From Thermoplasmata archaeon (GTDB lineage Archaea > Thermoplasmatota > E2 > JACPAO01 > JAHFTW01): a stretch of 64,000 nt of DNA. The translations under genes were made by a program, and so were the position numbers. Under the pieces are notes generated by a model. It saw only the letters and a list, made by a program, of their open reading frames with translations. It was not told where the DNA came from and searched no databases. This document shows, in pieces, positions 18,523 through 29,398 of the stretch (the first letter of the stretch is position 1; every line of letters starts with the position of its first letter). The stretch covers positions 173,593 through 237,592 of the forward strand of contig JAXDQS010000001.1 in the NCBI GenBank assembly GCA_034667725.1, written 5' to 3'.

Positions 18523-21500
18523 ATGCTCGCCGTGGCCTTCCTCGCCCAGGCGTTGGCCCTGCCGTTCTCGTTCGTGGTGGCCCCCGTCGACGCCCAGGCG
18601 CCCCCGCCCCCGCTCCCGGTCAGCCCCGCCTTCGGCGCCTACGGCAGCTCCACCTGGGTCCAGTACACCCTGCCGGCGCCCGCCCAAGGCGGCGAGCCGT
18701 CCATCGGCGTCGCCCACGGCCTGGACGGCGGCACGACCGCCATGGTGCAGCCCCGCACCTCCGAATGGAGCGTCGCGTGGGACGACGCCGTCCCCGCCGT
18801 GGCGACCTACACCGACGTGACCTCGCCGTTCTCGCTCCCGCTCGGCTTCGACCCCATCCTCTACACCAGCCCCGAGACCGGCCGCACCTGGGCCGGCGAG
18901 CTGGAGGTCCCCGCCCTGGTGGCCGGCGCCCCCTCCACGGTCGGCAACCCCGTCCTGCCCCCCAACAGCTGCCTCAACATCCCGCCGACCCCGACCGTCC
19001 CCGGCGTCCACGGCAGCCGCACCATCCTGGTCTGCAACAGCGCCGCCACCACCTACGCCGGCTGCAGCAACATGTCCTACACCGACGACAACGGCGCCAA
19101 CTGGGTCCCCATGGTCGACCCCTGCTCGCTGCCCTCCTGGGACCACCAGAGCATCGGCGCCGGCCCCTGGGCGGCGCCCGTCCCCGCCCTCGCCAGCTAC
19201 CCGCAGGCGGTCTACTACTGCGCCCAGCAGGGCTACTTCGGCACCTCGCTGTGCTGGATCTCCTACGACGGCGGCCTCAGCTTCGTGCCCACCGAAGGCG
19301 CCCCCGACCAGACCGGCGTCTGCTCCGGCCTGCACGGCCACGTCCGCGTCAGCCGCGTCGACGGCACCGCCTACCTGCCCTACAAGAGCTGCGGCGGCCT
19401 CACCGGGTTCGCGGTCACCACCGACAACGGCGCCACCTGGAACATGCGCACCATCCCGTACGCGGCCACCGGCACCGGCTACTTCGACCCCTCCATCGGC
19501 ATCGCAGCCGACGGCACCATCTACGTCGGCATGGCCGAGGAAGGCAACCCCGGCATCGCCGGCGCGGACCCCGGCGCCTACATCTCCGTCAGCCACGACA
19601 AGGGCGTCACCTGGGACGTGCTGGGCACGAACGTCGCCGCCCTGGCCGGCCTGGAGCGCGCCCAGTTCGCCGAGGTCATCGCCGGCGACCCCGACCGCGC
19701 CGCCTTCGCGTTCCTCGGCTCCCCCTCCAACGACCCGAGCGACACCTGCGCGGCCGCCTCCGGCAGCCACGTCTGGCACATGTACGTCGCCATGACCTAC
19801 GACGGCGGCCTGAGCTGGGACGTCCAGCAGGGCACGACCGACCCCGTCCAGCGCGGCGGCATCTGGCCCGGCGGCGGCGGGGCCTCCTGCCGCAACATGC
19901 TCGACTTCAACGACATCGCCCTCGACGTCCACGGCCGCGTCCTCGTCGCCTTCACCGACGGCTGCACCGGCCCCTGCACGGCGGCCGGCGGCACGTACGC
20001 CACCTCCACCGACAACGACGTCGCCGTGCTGCGCCAAAGCACCGGCCGCGGCCTGTTCAAGAGCGAGGACATCCTGTTCCCCGACCCGCCGGCGCCGTGC
20101 GCGCCGCTCACCGACCCGCGCGTCGCCTTCCTCGACCCCGGCGACGGCGACTTCATCGAGACGAGCCTCCCCACCTGGACCGGCGAGGTCGACCGCCAGC
20201 CCCACGGCAACCCCCTCGCGGCGCACGCCAACGGTCCCTACTTCGGCAAGGTCGGCGCCGACATCCCCCTGAACGGCACCGCCTCCTGCTTCACCAGCGC
20301 GCTCGACGGCTACGGCTGCGAGTGGACCTCCCTCAGCGCCGTCGCCCCCAGCTTCACGCCGAGCGCCTACGACTGCCTCCCCGACATCGTCTACGGCGCC
20401 GTGGGCGTCTACCTCCTGCAACTCAAGGTGACGGACCTGGCCACCATGGCCACCGCCATCGACCTGACCCTCGTCACCGTCACGGACGCCGTGCCCGCGG
20501 TCGCGCGCTGCCCCGCCTCGCCCCTCGACAGCATCCTGGTGGACGACGACCCGGACCTCGACCGCGCCACCTTCGGCGACCCGGTCCAGCACCCCGCCGG
20601 CGTCCAGGAGATCGAGTGCTTCGGCGCCCGCTACGACGCCGGGGCCCAGGAGCTCGAGCTGTTCCTCGACGTGGCGGACCACCTCAAGCCCACGCACGGC
20701 GCCCTCACGGTGGCCGACGACGGCGCCATGGAGACCTACTGGTTCCGCTTCACCCCGAACTGGGGCACCTACGCCGGCATCGAGCAGATCCTCGAGGTCG
20801 AGTGGTACGGCCCCAGCAGCGCCACGCCGCTCGCCTGCTTCCTGGCCGCGTCCCCGATGGCAGGGGCCGGCGGCGCGGGCTTCCGCGCCAGCAGCCCCGA
20901 CCCGGGCCTCGGCAACGTGATGTGCGACCCGACCCGGCCCTACCCCGCCGTCTCCTGGGCCGGCGACCGCCTCACCGTCGAGATCCTGATGTCCGACCTC
21001 GGCGCCGCCGCGGCCGGTGACCTGGTCGAGGGCCTCTACGCCTGGACCTGGCACGAGGAGACCGACTTCTCCTGGAACGCAGCCCCCAGGACGCACGTGG
21101 GCGTCTACGGCTACAGCCCCAACCCGCTGGGCGGCTTCGGCAGCGGCACCGGCCGCACCACGGCCCTCGGCTTCGACGGCACCAACCAGGTCTGCATGCC
21201 GTCCACGGCCACGTGCGACGGCTTCTACCACGACGACGACTTCAGCCCCGACTGCCGCCGCGCCGACGTCCGGTTCCTGACCGCCACCACCATCGGCCTC
21301 GTCGGCTCCTGCAACCCTGCGACGCCGACGACCTGCTGCGCGGCGCCCGCCGGCGGCCTGCTCACGGGCCCCGGCGCCGGCCTGTCCGCGCCCAGCCCTG
21401 GCCCGCTCGGCCTGGTGCCGGCCCTCATCGGCACCCTGGCGGACGCGGTGGCGGGCATCGACCTCGCCCACAGCGCCGACTGGGAGCGCGAGGCGGGCCA

Positions 21501-22629
21501 CCTGCTGCCGCCCTACGCGGTCGCCAGCCCGACGCCGCCCAGGCTCCCGAGCCTGGCGGACGTGCTGGACACGCTGGAGGCCTGGTCGGCCCCGGCGCCG
21601 CCCGCCTTGACGCCGCCGACGCCCCCCGTCGCGCTGCCGCTGCCGGTGTCGCTGCCGCCGACGGCCCTCCCGTCCGCCTACGGCCTCAGCCTGCTCCGCA
21701 CGCCCGGCGCGGGCACGTTCATGTCCGGCAGCGGCTCGTGCACGACCTGCACTCCGCCGCCGTTCTTCCTGCCACCCGCGCCCCCGCCGCCGGCCAAGGA
21801 GTACGTCGTCGTCTACGCCGACTGGAGCGCCCCCGTGGCCGCCGCCGTCGACACCAGTGTTGCCACCCGCGACGACTGGGCCGTCCTCCTGGACCCCTTG
21901 GACACCAGCCTGAACGGCGCCCACACCCTGTTCGTCGAGTGGTACGACGCCTGGGGCAGCACCCTCCTGGACACGGACCAGATCACGGTCTACGTCAACC
22001 TGCTCGACGGCGTCGAGTCCACGGTCCTCCCGCCCCGCGACGGCGCCCCCCGCGACTCCAACAGCAGCTTCGACCTCGACGGCGACACCGTCCGGGACGG
22101 CGACGACAACTGCGCCACCACGCCGAACCTGAACCAGACCGACCTGGACGGCGACCTGTTCGGCGACGCCTGCGACCGCGACGACGACGCCGACGGCGTG
22201 GTCGATCCCCTCGACAACTGCGACCTCTTCATCAACCCGGGCCAGTCCGACCTCGACGCGGACGGCCGCGGCGACGCCTGCGACGGCGACCTCGACGGCG
22301 ACGGCCGCCTCAACCCGGCCGACAACTGCCCCACCGTGCCCAACGCCAGCCAGGCCGACGCCGACCGCGACCTCTTGGGCGACCCGTGCGACCCCGACCG
22401 GGACGGCGACGGCATCCCCAACCTCGCCGACCGCTTCCCCGACGGCGCCAACGGCGCCACGGCGCTCGACCCGCTGGACGCGGGCAGCCGCAGCCGCCTC
22501 GGCGGCGGCGCGGTGGCCCCCCACGCCACCGGCCCGGGCCTTGCCGGCCCCCTGGCCGCCACCGGCCTGGCCGTACTTTTGGCCGGCCTGGCCATCGTGG
22601 CGGCGGTGCTGCGCCGGCGTCCGGCCTGA
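18523..22629 (+). CDS. Large secreted BNR/Asp-box beta-propeller protein with TSP3 repeats and PGF-CTERM-like C-terminal anchor
   Basis: Signal peptide MLAVAFLAQALALPFSFVVAPVDAQA. Multiple Asp-box-like S.D.G.TW motifs (SYTDDNGANW, TTDNGATW, SHDKGVTW, TYDGGLSW). Six or more C-terminal TSP3-type DxDxDG…C repeats. The C-terminus is …GPGLAGPLAATGLAVLLAGLAIVAAVLRRRPA. Confidence 0.75.
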   Translation: MLAVAFLAQALALPFSFVVAPVDAQAPPPPLPVSPAFGAYGSSTWVQYTLPAPAQGGEPSIGVAHGLDGGTTAMVQPRTSEWSVAWDDAVPAVATYTDVTSPFSLPLGFDPILYTSPETGRTWAGELEVPALVAGAPSTVGNPVLPPNSCLNIPPTPTVPGVHGSRTILVCNSAATTYAGCSNMSYTDDNGANWVPMVDPCSLPSWDHQSIGAGPWAAPVPALASYPQAVYYCAQQGYFGTSLCWISYDGGLSFVPTEGAPDQTGVCSGLHGHVRVSRVDGTAYLPYKSCGGLTGFAVTTDNGATWNMRTIPYAATGTGYFDPSIGIAADGTIYVGMAEEGNPGIAGADPGAYISVSHDKGVTWDVLGTNVAALAGLERAQFAEVIAGDPDRAAFAFLGSPSNDPSDTCAAASGSHVWHMYVAMTYDGGLSWDVQQGTTDPVQRGGIWPGGGGASCRNMLDFNDIALDVHGRVLVAFTDGCTGPCTAAGGTYATSTDNDVAVLRQSTGRGLFKSEDILFPDPPAPCAPLTDPRVAFLDPGDGDFIETSLPTWTGEVDRQPHGNPLAAHANGPYFGKVGADIPLNGTASCFTSALDGYGCEWTSLSAVAPSFTPSAYDCLPDIVYGAVGVYLLQLKVTDLATMATAIDLTLVTVTDAVPAVARCPASPLDSILVDDDPDLDRATFGDPVQHPAGVQEIECFGARYDAGAQELELFLDVADHLKPTHGALTVADDGAMETYWFRFTPNWGTYAGIEQILEVEWYGPSSATPLACFLAASPMAGAGGAGFRASSPDPGLGNVMCDPTRPYPAVSWAGDRLTVEILMSDLGAAAAGDLVEGLYAWTWHEETDFSWNAAPRTHVGVYGYSPNPLGGFGSGTGRTTALGFDGTNQVCMPSTATCDGFYHDDDFSPDCRRADVRFLTATTIGLVGSCNPATPTTCCAAPAGGLLTGPGAGLSAPSPGPLGLVPALIGTLADAVAGIDLAHSADWEREAGHLLPPYAVASPTPPRLPSLADVLDTLEAWSAPAPPALTPPTPPVALPLPVSLPPTALPSAYGLSLLRTPGAGTFMSGSGSCTTCTPPPFFLPPAPPPPAKEYVVVYADWSAPVAAAVDTSVATRDDWAVLLDPLDTSLNGAHTLFVEWYDAWGSTLLDTDQITVYVNLLDGVESTVLPPRDGAPRDSNSSFDLDGDTVRDGDDNCATTPNLNQTDLDGDLFGDACDRDDDADGVVDPLDNCDLFINPGQSDLDADGRGDACDGDLDGDGRLNPADNCPTVPNASQADADRDLLGDPCDPDRDGDGIPNLADRFPDGANGATALDPLDAGSRSRLGGGAVAPHATGPGLAGPLAATGLAVLLAGLAIVAAVLRRRPA

Positions 22630-22758
22630 GCCGCCGAAGCCGGGTACGGGTCCCACCAGACTTGTTCGATGGGGTTATCAAAAGGTGCCGTCATCGAAGG
22701 CCGCCCCGCCCAGAGAGGGACACCCAGGTCCCTCCTGGCAGTACCGAGGCTTCCGCCC

Positions 22759-25700
22759 ATGCCATCGACTTCCCGCGCGCGCACGTCATTCATCCTGGCC
22801 CTCCTCCTGGTGGCGGGCGCCTTGCCTGCGCTGCCGGTGGCCACCGCGGCCGCGCCGGTCGTGACGAGCGCCAACCTGCTGGACGAGGACAACAACGGCC
22901 ACCTCGACGCCGTGCTGCTGACGTTCGACCAGGCCATCCGGTCGGACAGCGTGCGGCCCAGCGACTGGACCCTCGGCTCGGCGGTCGCGCGCAGCGTCGA
23001 GCGCCAAAGCAGCACCCAGTTCAAGCTGTTCTTCCAGGAGGCGCTGGCCTTGGACGGCAACTCCAACGCCATCAACATCGCCTACACCCGCGAGGCCGAC
23101 CAGCCGCTCGAGAACCTGGCGACCCCCTTCGAGGACTTCACGGCCAGCACTGTGCCCGCCTCCGCCAAGAAGGACATGGCCAAGCCCATCCTGATGGCGG
23201 CCTACGCCGTCGAGGCCACCAACTACATCGTCGCCGTCTTCAGCGAGGCCGTCACCGACAACGCGGGCGCCATCCTGACCCATGACGAGTTCGTCCTCAC
23301 CGCGGGCGGCGCCGGCGCCCCCGCCATCGACACCACCGTCGCCGTCACCGCCCTTGGCTCCCCGGCCCGCGTGTTCCGCATCCCCCTGAACGCCGCCTGG
23401 ACCACGGCCCAGCTGGCGCACGCCACCAAGCCCACGCTGGCGATCTCCGGCACCAACCTGGTCAAGGACCTTGCCACCCCCGCCAACAACAACCCCACCG
23501 GCATGGCGGCCGTCCCCGTCGGCGCGCCCTTCATCGAGCGCGTCATGGCCAACCCCGGCGACGACCTCGTGGTCGTCGAGTTCAACGGCCCCGTGGCCGA
23601 CTCGACCGGCACCGCCCCGCTCCCGGCCACCTCGAGCGGCGACCTGACGCTGCGCTTCCAGGAAGGCTCCGGCGGCGGCGCCATCGTCACCACCGACATG
23701 GTGAACCCCGTCTTCTCCGACCGCGTCCAGCTCCGGGTCGACGCCCCGCTGCGCCCCGCCGACTTCGCCGCCGGCACCATCAGCAAGATCGTCGCCCAGA
23801 CGGACAAGGTGTTCGCGTGGAAGGGCGCCTCCAGCGTCGCGAGCTACAAGGTCCCCGCCGGCGCCGCCGGCAACCTGGCCGACGCCGACGTCTACACCAA
23901 CCCCTACCCGACCCGCCTGGAGACGGTGGACCGCGACCTCAACGGCTGCATCGACGCCATCCAGATGACCTGGAACGACGACATCCTCGACGCCAGCCTG
24001 GCCGCCAGCACCGGCTGGGTCGTCGTCTTCCCCAAGAAGGCCTCCGGCACCCCGCTGCCCACCACGCCGCCCGCGCCCGGCATCGTCGGCGCCACCCTGG
24101 TGAGCGCCATCACCGGCGCCGGCGTCTCCCCGACCCTGTCGCCCGGCGTGGACGACCGCGTCACCTTCCTGACCTTCACCGAGACCGACGCCGCCACCGG
24201 CTGCGACCTGTCCCTGCCGGCCCCCCTGGTGGGCAGCACCGGCCCCGCCGGCGTCCGCCTCCTGCCCCGCGTCTCGCACTGCGACGGCCTCGACTCCGGC
24301 TGCACCGGTCTCAGCCCGACCGACCGCGCCGGCCGCGGCATCGGCGCCTCGCGCGGCGCCTTCAACGACGCCGGCGTCCTGTTCCGCCTCCCGGTGATCG
24401 ACAGCGCCCGCCCCGTTTTGATGACGGCGGCGACCCGCGACCTGCCCTCGTCCCCCGACGGCCAGGTCGACCAGATCCTCCTCAGCTTCTCGGAGCCGAT
24501 GAAGCTCGGCACCCTCAAGCAGGCCCAGTGGAACGTCCGCGTGCCCGCCAACCAGGCCCAATGCCCGGTCCCCGCCAGCACGGCCTACACCGTCACCTCG
24601 GTCGGCTCCGCCTCCGGCACCTCCGGCGACACCGAGTCCCTGCTCCTGCTGGGCATCCAGCCCTCGGGCACCCCGGACACCGGCTGCATCCTCGACATCG
24701 CCTACGGCACCACGCCCAACGCCCTCGAGAGCAGCAACGGCCAGGTCCTGCCCGCCATCCCGGCCAACAGCCTCATCCTGACGACCGCCACCGCCACCGC
24801 CGGCGGCGCCAACAGCATCACCGCCGCCGCCACCAACTTCGCCACCGCGGGCGCCCTCACCGGCATGCGCGTCGACGTGAGCCGCGCCGGCACGCCGCTC
24901 GGCTCGTTCACCGTGACCGGGGTCGCCGGCACCACCCTGACGTTCTCGCCCGCCGTGGCGGCCGCCAGCGCCCCCATCGCCGCGGGCGACGTCGCCACGG
25001 TCTACCGCGAGCGCGACGGCGCCGGCCCCGTCCTCTTGGACGGCCGGCTCGTCGGCGCGGTCGGCTCCCGCTTCGCCACCGCCACCTTCAGCGAGGCGGT
25101 CCTCGGCGTCAACGGCAACGCCGTCACCAACACCGACCTGACCTACAAGAACAACGGCGCGGGCGGCGCCTCCGGCATCAGCTGCGTCGCCACCCCGAGC
25201 TACACCTCGGGCACCTGCACCCCCGACCCGGCCGTCACCACGAACCCGGCCCAGTTGTCGCTCACCCTGAACGCGGTGCTCGCCGGCGGCGACGTCGGCA
25301 CGGGCAAGGACTGCGTCCAGATCGTCAACTACATCCCGGACGAGAACAGCCTGAACCCCGCCAACCCCGGCGTGCGCGACGCCGCCGGCAACGTCGGCCA
25401 GCCGCTCGAGCCCTCGGGCCCCTGCCGCATCTTCTCCACGGGCGGCACCGTCGCCACCGTGCTCGCCATCGAGACGCTCGACACCAGCAACCCGCCCAAC
25501 GGCGCCATCGACGCCATCCGCGTCACCTTCACGGGCCCCGTCAACGACGACTTCACCGATGGCGTCGCCAAGTGGAAGGTCAAGTTCGGCACCACCACGG
25601 CCACCATCAACACCGTCCAGAGCGGCGGCAACTGCGGCGGCAGCACGCTGACCCCCGACGTCGCCAACGACGCCGTGGTGTTCCTCTGCATCGCGGAGCT

Positions 25701-28700
25701 CACCGACACCTCCGACCCGGCCAACCCGCTCATCCCCAACACCGGCGCCCTGCCCCTGGTGTCCTACTCGGGCACCCTGCTGGCCGGCGCCACCGACGGC
25801 CTGCCGGTCGCGACCTTCACGGACCGCGCCGCCACCGACGCCGCCCTGCCGGTCCTGATCACCGTGCGCGGCGGCGCCGGCCGCAACACCGTCGAGCTGC
25901 GGTTCTCGGAGGACGTCGTGGACGCCACCACCAAGGGCCCGCTCAAGGCCTCGAACTTCCTCTACTCGAACGGCAACGGCGGCTCCTCGACCTGCTCCAG
26001 CGGCGCCTCCAACATCGTGGACGTGCTGCCGGTCACCGGCTTCAACGACCGCTTCACCGGTGTGCTCAACACGCCGGCCGGCCAGCCGGGCCTGCACTAC
26101 GACGACATCGTCGGCTGCCCCACCGTCGCCAGCCGCGACGAGGTGCGCGCCCTGGCCTCGAGCATCATCGAGAAGGTCGGCCTGCGCGCCATGACCGACA
26201 GCACCCCGCGCGACATCCAGGACATCTTCGGCCCCGACATCCTGTCGGCCCGCTTCATCGACGCCCCAGCCCAGGCTGGCGCCGTCACGGGCGCGGACGG
26301 CACCATCGACGCCGTCGAGGTCCGGTTCCGCGAGTACGTCTCCGACGCCGCGGCCGCCTTCGGCACCAGTGCCACCGTCACCGGCCAGTGGGCCGTCAAG
26401 GTCAACGACGGCAGCCTCAAGACCCTCAAGGTCAAGGCCGTCGTCTCGAGCCAGAACGGCGTCCTCGGCGACAGTTGCACGGACACCCAGGCCCGCCCCC
26501 TCATCCTCTGGCCGGGCGAGGTCCAGCCGCCCACCAGCGGCCCCTCCAGCGTCAACGGCGTGGACGACGACACCCTGTTCCTCTGCCTGGAGAACACCGT
26601 CGGCGTCTCGACCCAGGGCACCCTGGGCCTCGGCACCGGCATGGTCGGCACCCTCAGCTACGCCGCCGCCAACCCGACGGCCCGCATCAAGGACCGCAGC
26701 GGCAACGGCTTCGCCGACATCACCCTCGGCAGCGCCCGCACCGTCACCGACGGCGCCCGCCCCGTCGTCCTCAACACCTGCCGCCCCGAGGTCACCCCAG
26801 CCCTGCGCTGCACCGGCGTGTCCCCCGAGTCGGCCGACCTCGACAACGACGGCCTCGTCGACGCCCTGCGCGTCGTGCTGTCCGAGCCCGTGAAGGACGA
26901 CACCTACAAGCAGGTCGAGTGGGACCTCGGCTCCGGCTTCGCCATCACCGGCATGGACACCGGCGTCACCGTCGACGACGCCACCATCTTCCTCAAGTTC
27001 AACGAAGGCGCCACGCCGGACACCGGCCGCGGCCGCGCCTCCCAGCCGGGCCTGCCCGACCTGACGTTCAGCTCGACCGGCACGATGGCGGACCGCGCGG
27101 GCAACCGCATCCGCGCCGTCCAGTCGGGCGCGTGCGGCGCCGCCACCGACACCCACTGCGCCGACGAGCGCGACGGCGTCGAGCCCGTGGTCGTGCGCTC
27201 CCAGGCCGAGGTCGGCTCCGACCTCGTCACCATCGCCCTCAGCGAGCCCGTCCAAGGCACCGGCCCGGTCGCCAGCGGCCGCCCCATCACCACCAGCGAC
27301 ATCGCCTACCAGAACAAGGCGGGCGCGGGCGACGGCGCCACCGGCATCGTGGCCATCTCCCATGTCGCGGGCGAGTCGGTCCTCACCATCAAGCTCGACA
27401 AGAAGGTCACCGAGTTCGACCGCCTCAACGACCGCTTCGTCTTCGTGACGGGCAGCATCAAGGAGGCCCAGTGCACGGTGTCGGCCACGACGCCCTCGTG
27501 CTACCGCCAGCTCGCCATGACGCGCCTCTTTGTCCCCATCGCCTTCGCCGGCGGCGCGGACCCCAAGCCGGCCGCCATCGACGACCTGGACGCCCCCGCC
27601 GAGGACGTCACCGCGACCTCGGTCCGCCTGACCTGGACCGCCCCCGACGACACCGACCTCGCGAGCTACCAGATCTACTTCTGCGAGTGCTCGTTCGCCG
27701 GCACCATCCCGACCGGCGCCCTGACGCCCCCGACCTCGGTCGTCATCCCGACCCCGGACCCCGGCGAGGCCCAGGAGGTCGTCATCACCGGCCTCACCAC
27801 CGGCAAGACCTACAACTTCGTCATCCGCGCCATCGACAACTCCGGCAACACCGCCGAGCTGTCGAACGTCGCGACCGCCCTCGTCGAGGCCCCGGACACC
27901 GAGGCGCCCGACATGGTGTTGGCCCTCCAGGACCTCGCCGCCAGCACCCCGCTGGGCTCCGTCGCCCTCGTCTGGGACGCCCCCGGCGACGACGGCGACC
28001 AAGGCACCGTGGCCGGCTACCGCATCGCGGTCGCCGACCGCCCGATCGCGGCCAGCGACTTCGAGGACTTCGAGACGACCGACTACTCGCTCAACCCGGC
28101 CGGCCTTGCGGACGCGGGCGACACCCAGCGCGCCACCATCTTCGGGCTCATCCCCGGCGACGAGGTGTTCGTGTACATCCTCGCGTACGACGACGCCAGC
28201 CCGCCCAACGAGTCGCCCCTCAGCGGCGCCGTCCGCGCCACCGTCGGCGGCACCACCACCGACCTGGCCGACCCCGGCCCCATCACCGACCTCACGGCCA
28301 CCGCCGCCACCGACAGCACGGTGGAGCTGGAGTGGCGCGCGCCCGGCGACGACGGCCTCTCCGGCGGCCCCGTCACCGGCTACGACGTCTACTACAGCAC
28401 CGCGCCGTTCGCGTCCTCGACCCGCCCGTCCGTGCCCCGCGCCTCCGACGTCACGCTGTCGCCCCGCACCCCCACGGCCGCCGGCCTGAGCCAGCGCGCC
28501 ACCGTCGGCGGACTGGAGTCCGACACCGTGTACTACTTCATGGTCCTGGCCCGCGACGACGCGACCAAGACCAGCGCCTCGAACGTGGTCAACCGCGCCA
28601 CCCTCCCCGGCGTCGGCGAGCTGACCATCGACGACCTGTTCGCCGCCAACAAGGAGCTCAACGAGAACCTCGAGGTCACCCACGAGGACGGCATCAACAT

Positions 28701-29388
28701 CGTGAGCTTCACCATCCCCGAGGCCGCCCGCGACGCCGCCAAGGGCCTGCAGGTCTGGCGCGCCGAGGAGTGCGACGACGCCAACTACGTGCTCGTCAAC
28801 ACCTACGACGCCGACGACAGCGTGTTCGAGGACGGCCGCTTCGAGGAGCCCGGCGCCACCACCGACTGCTACAAGGTCACGCTGTTCACCAAGGACAGCC
28901 AGGACTCCGCGCTCGGCCCCAAGGCCAACGCCAGCGACATCGAGCGGTTCGCCGAGCTCGACTCCGCCTCCGCCAGCGACGGCGGCATCGGCACCGGCAT
29001 GTGGCTGATGATCGGCGGCGGCGTTCTCCTGGCCATCCTGCTCGCGGCCCTGCTGGTCTTCCTGGTCCGCCGCCGTGGCGGCGGCCAGCAGACCCTGCCG
29101 CCCGAGGAGACGGCCGAGGGCGGCGAGGCCGGCGAGGGCTGGAGCGAGGTCCCGGAGGAGGGCGCGGCCGAGTCCGTCGCCCCCGCCGCGGACACCTGGT
29201 CCGAGCCCGCGCCCGCCGAGGCCGAGCCCGAGGCGCCGTTGGCCGCGCCGCCCGCCGCCGCGGCGACGACGGCCGCCACGACGCACTACGTGACCTGCCC
29301 GCGCTGCAGCTCGCCGTTCAGCGCCGTCGGCGTCAAGCCGCTCGCCATCCAATGCCCGAGCTGCGGCGTGCGCGGCACGCTGAAATAA
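22759..29388 (+). CDS. Giant type-I membrane surface protein (2209 aa): tandem Ig-like/Big_5-like domains, FN3 domains, TM helix, acidic cytoplasmic tail ending in a Cys4 zinc ribbon
   Basis: Signal peptide MPSTSRARTSFILALLLVAGALPALPVATAAA. Many ~100-aa repeats open with D.[DN].[DN]G.[IL]D[AG] and carry …FSEP[VM].D (e.g. DLDNDGLVDALRVVLSEPVKDD). Three FN3-like modules lie near the C-terminus (…VRLTWTAPDD…, …VELEWRAPGDDG…). TM MWLMIGGGVLLAILLAALLVFLV, then RRRGG + an E-rich linker, then HYVTCPRCSSPFSAVGVKPLAIQCPSCGVRGTLK. Confidence 0.8.
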   Translation: MPSTSRARTSFILALLLVAGALPALPVATAAAPVVTSANLLDEDNNGHLDAVLLTFDQAIRSDSVRPSDWTLGSAVARSVERQSSTQFKLFFQEALALDGNSNAINIAYTREADQPLENLATPFEDFTASTVPASAKKDMAKPILMAAYAVEATNYIVAVFSEAVTDNAGAILTHDEFVLTAGGAGAPAIDTTVAVTALGSPARVFRIPLNAAWTTAQLAHATKPTLAISGTNLVKDLATPANNNPTGMAAVPVGAPFIERVMANPGDDLVVVEFNGPVADSTGTAPLPATSSGDLTLRFQEGSGGGAIVTTDMVNPVFSDRVQLRVDAPLRPADFAAGTISKIVAQTDKVFAWKGASSVASYKVPAGAAGNLADADVYTNPYPTRLETVDRDLNGCIDAIQMTWNDDILDASLAASTGWVVVFPKKASGTPLPTTPPAPGIVGATLVSAITGAGVSPTLSPGVDDRVTFLTFTETDAATGCDLSLPAPLVGSTGPAGVRLLPRVSHCDGLDSGCTGLSPTDRAGRGIGASRGAFNDAGVLFRLPVIDSARPVLMTAATRDLPSSPDGQVDQILLSFSEPMKLGTLKQAQWNVRVPANQAQCPVPASTAYTVTSVGSASGTSGDTESLLLLGIQPSGTPDTGCILDIAYGTTPNALESSNGQVLPAIPANSLILTTATATAGGANSITAAATNFATAGALTGMRVDVSRAGTPLGSFTVTGVAGTTLTFSPAVAAASAPIAAGDVATVYRERDGAGPVLLDGRLVGAVGSRFATATFSEAVLGVNGNAVTNTDLTYKNNGAGGASGISCVATPSYTSGTCTPDPAVTTNPAQLSLTLNAVLAGGDVGTGKDCVQIVNYIPDENSLNPANPGVRDAAGNVGQPLEPSGPCRIFSTGGTVATVLAIETLDTSNPPNGAIDAIRVTFTGPVNDDFTDGVAKWKVKFGTTTATINTVQSGGNCGGSTLTPDVANDAVVFLCIAELTDTSDPANPLIPNTGALPLVSYSGTLLAGATDGLPVATFTDRAATDAALPVLITVRGGAGRNTVELRFSEDVVDATTKGPLKASNFLYSNGNGGSSTCSSGASNIVDVLPVTGFNDRFTGVLNTPAGQPGLHYDDIVGCPTVASRDEVRALASSIIEKVGLRAMTDSTPRDIQDIFGPDILSARFIDAPAQAGAVTGADGTIDAVEVRFREYVSDAAAAFGTSATVTGQWAVKVNDGSLKTLKVKAVVSSQNGVLGDSCTDTQARPLILWPGEVQPPTSGPSSVNGVDDDTLFLCLENTVGVSTQGTLGLGTGMVGTLSYAAANPTARIKDRSGNGFADITLGSARTVTDGARPVVLNTCRPEVTPALRCTGVSPESADLDNDGLVDALRVVLSEPVKDDTYKQVEWDLGSGFAITGMDTGVTVDDATIFLKFNEGATPDTGRGRASQPGLPDLTFSSTGTMADRAGNRIRAVQSGACGAATDTHCADERDGVEPVVVRSQAEVGSDLVTIALSEPVQGTGPVASGRPITTSDIAYQNKAGAGDGATGIVAISHVAGESVLTIKLDKKVTEFDRLNDRFVFVTGSIKEAQCTVSATTPSCYRQLAMTRLFVPIAFAGGADPKPAAIDDLDAPAEDVTATSVRLTWTAPDDTDLASYQIYFCECSFAGTIPTGALTPPTSVVIPTPDPGEAQEVVITGLTTGKTYNFVIRAIDNSGNTAELSNVATALVEAPDTEAPDMVLALQDLAASTPLGSVALVWDAPGDDGDQGTVAGYRIAVADRPIAASDFEDFETTDYSLNPAGLADAGDTQRATIFGLIPGDEVFVYILAYDDASPPNESPLSGAVRATVGGTTTDLADPGPITDLTATAATDSTVELEWRAPGDDGLSGGPVTGYDVYYSTAPFASSTRPSVPRASDVTLSPRTPTAAGLSQRATVGGLESDTVYYFMVLARDDATKTSASNVVNRATLPGVGELTIDDLFAANKELNENLEVTHEDGINIVSFTIPEAARDAAKGLQVWRAEECDDANYVLVNTYDADDSVFEDGRFEEPGATTDCYKVTLFTKDSQDSALGPKANASDIERFAELDSASASDGGIGTGMWLMIGGGVLLAILLAALLVFLVRRRGGGQQTLPPEETAEGGEAGEGWSEVPEEGAAESVAPAADTWSEPAPAEAEPEAPLAAPPAAAATTAATTHYVTCPRCSSPFSAVGVKPLAIQCPSCGVRGTLK

Positions 29389-29398
29389 CCCATCCTGC

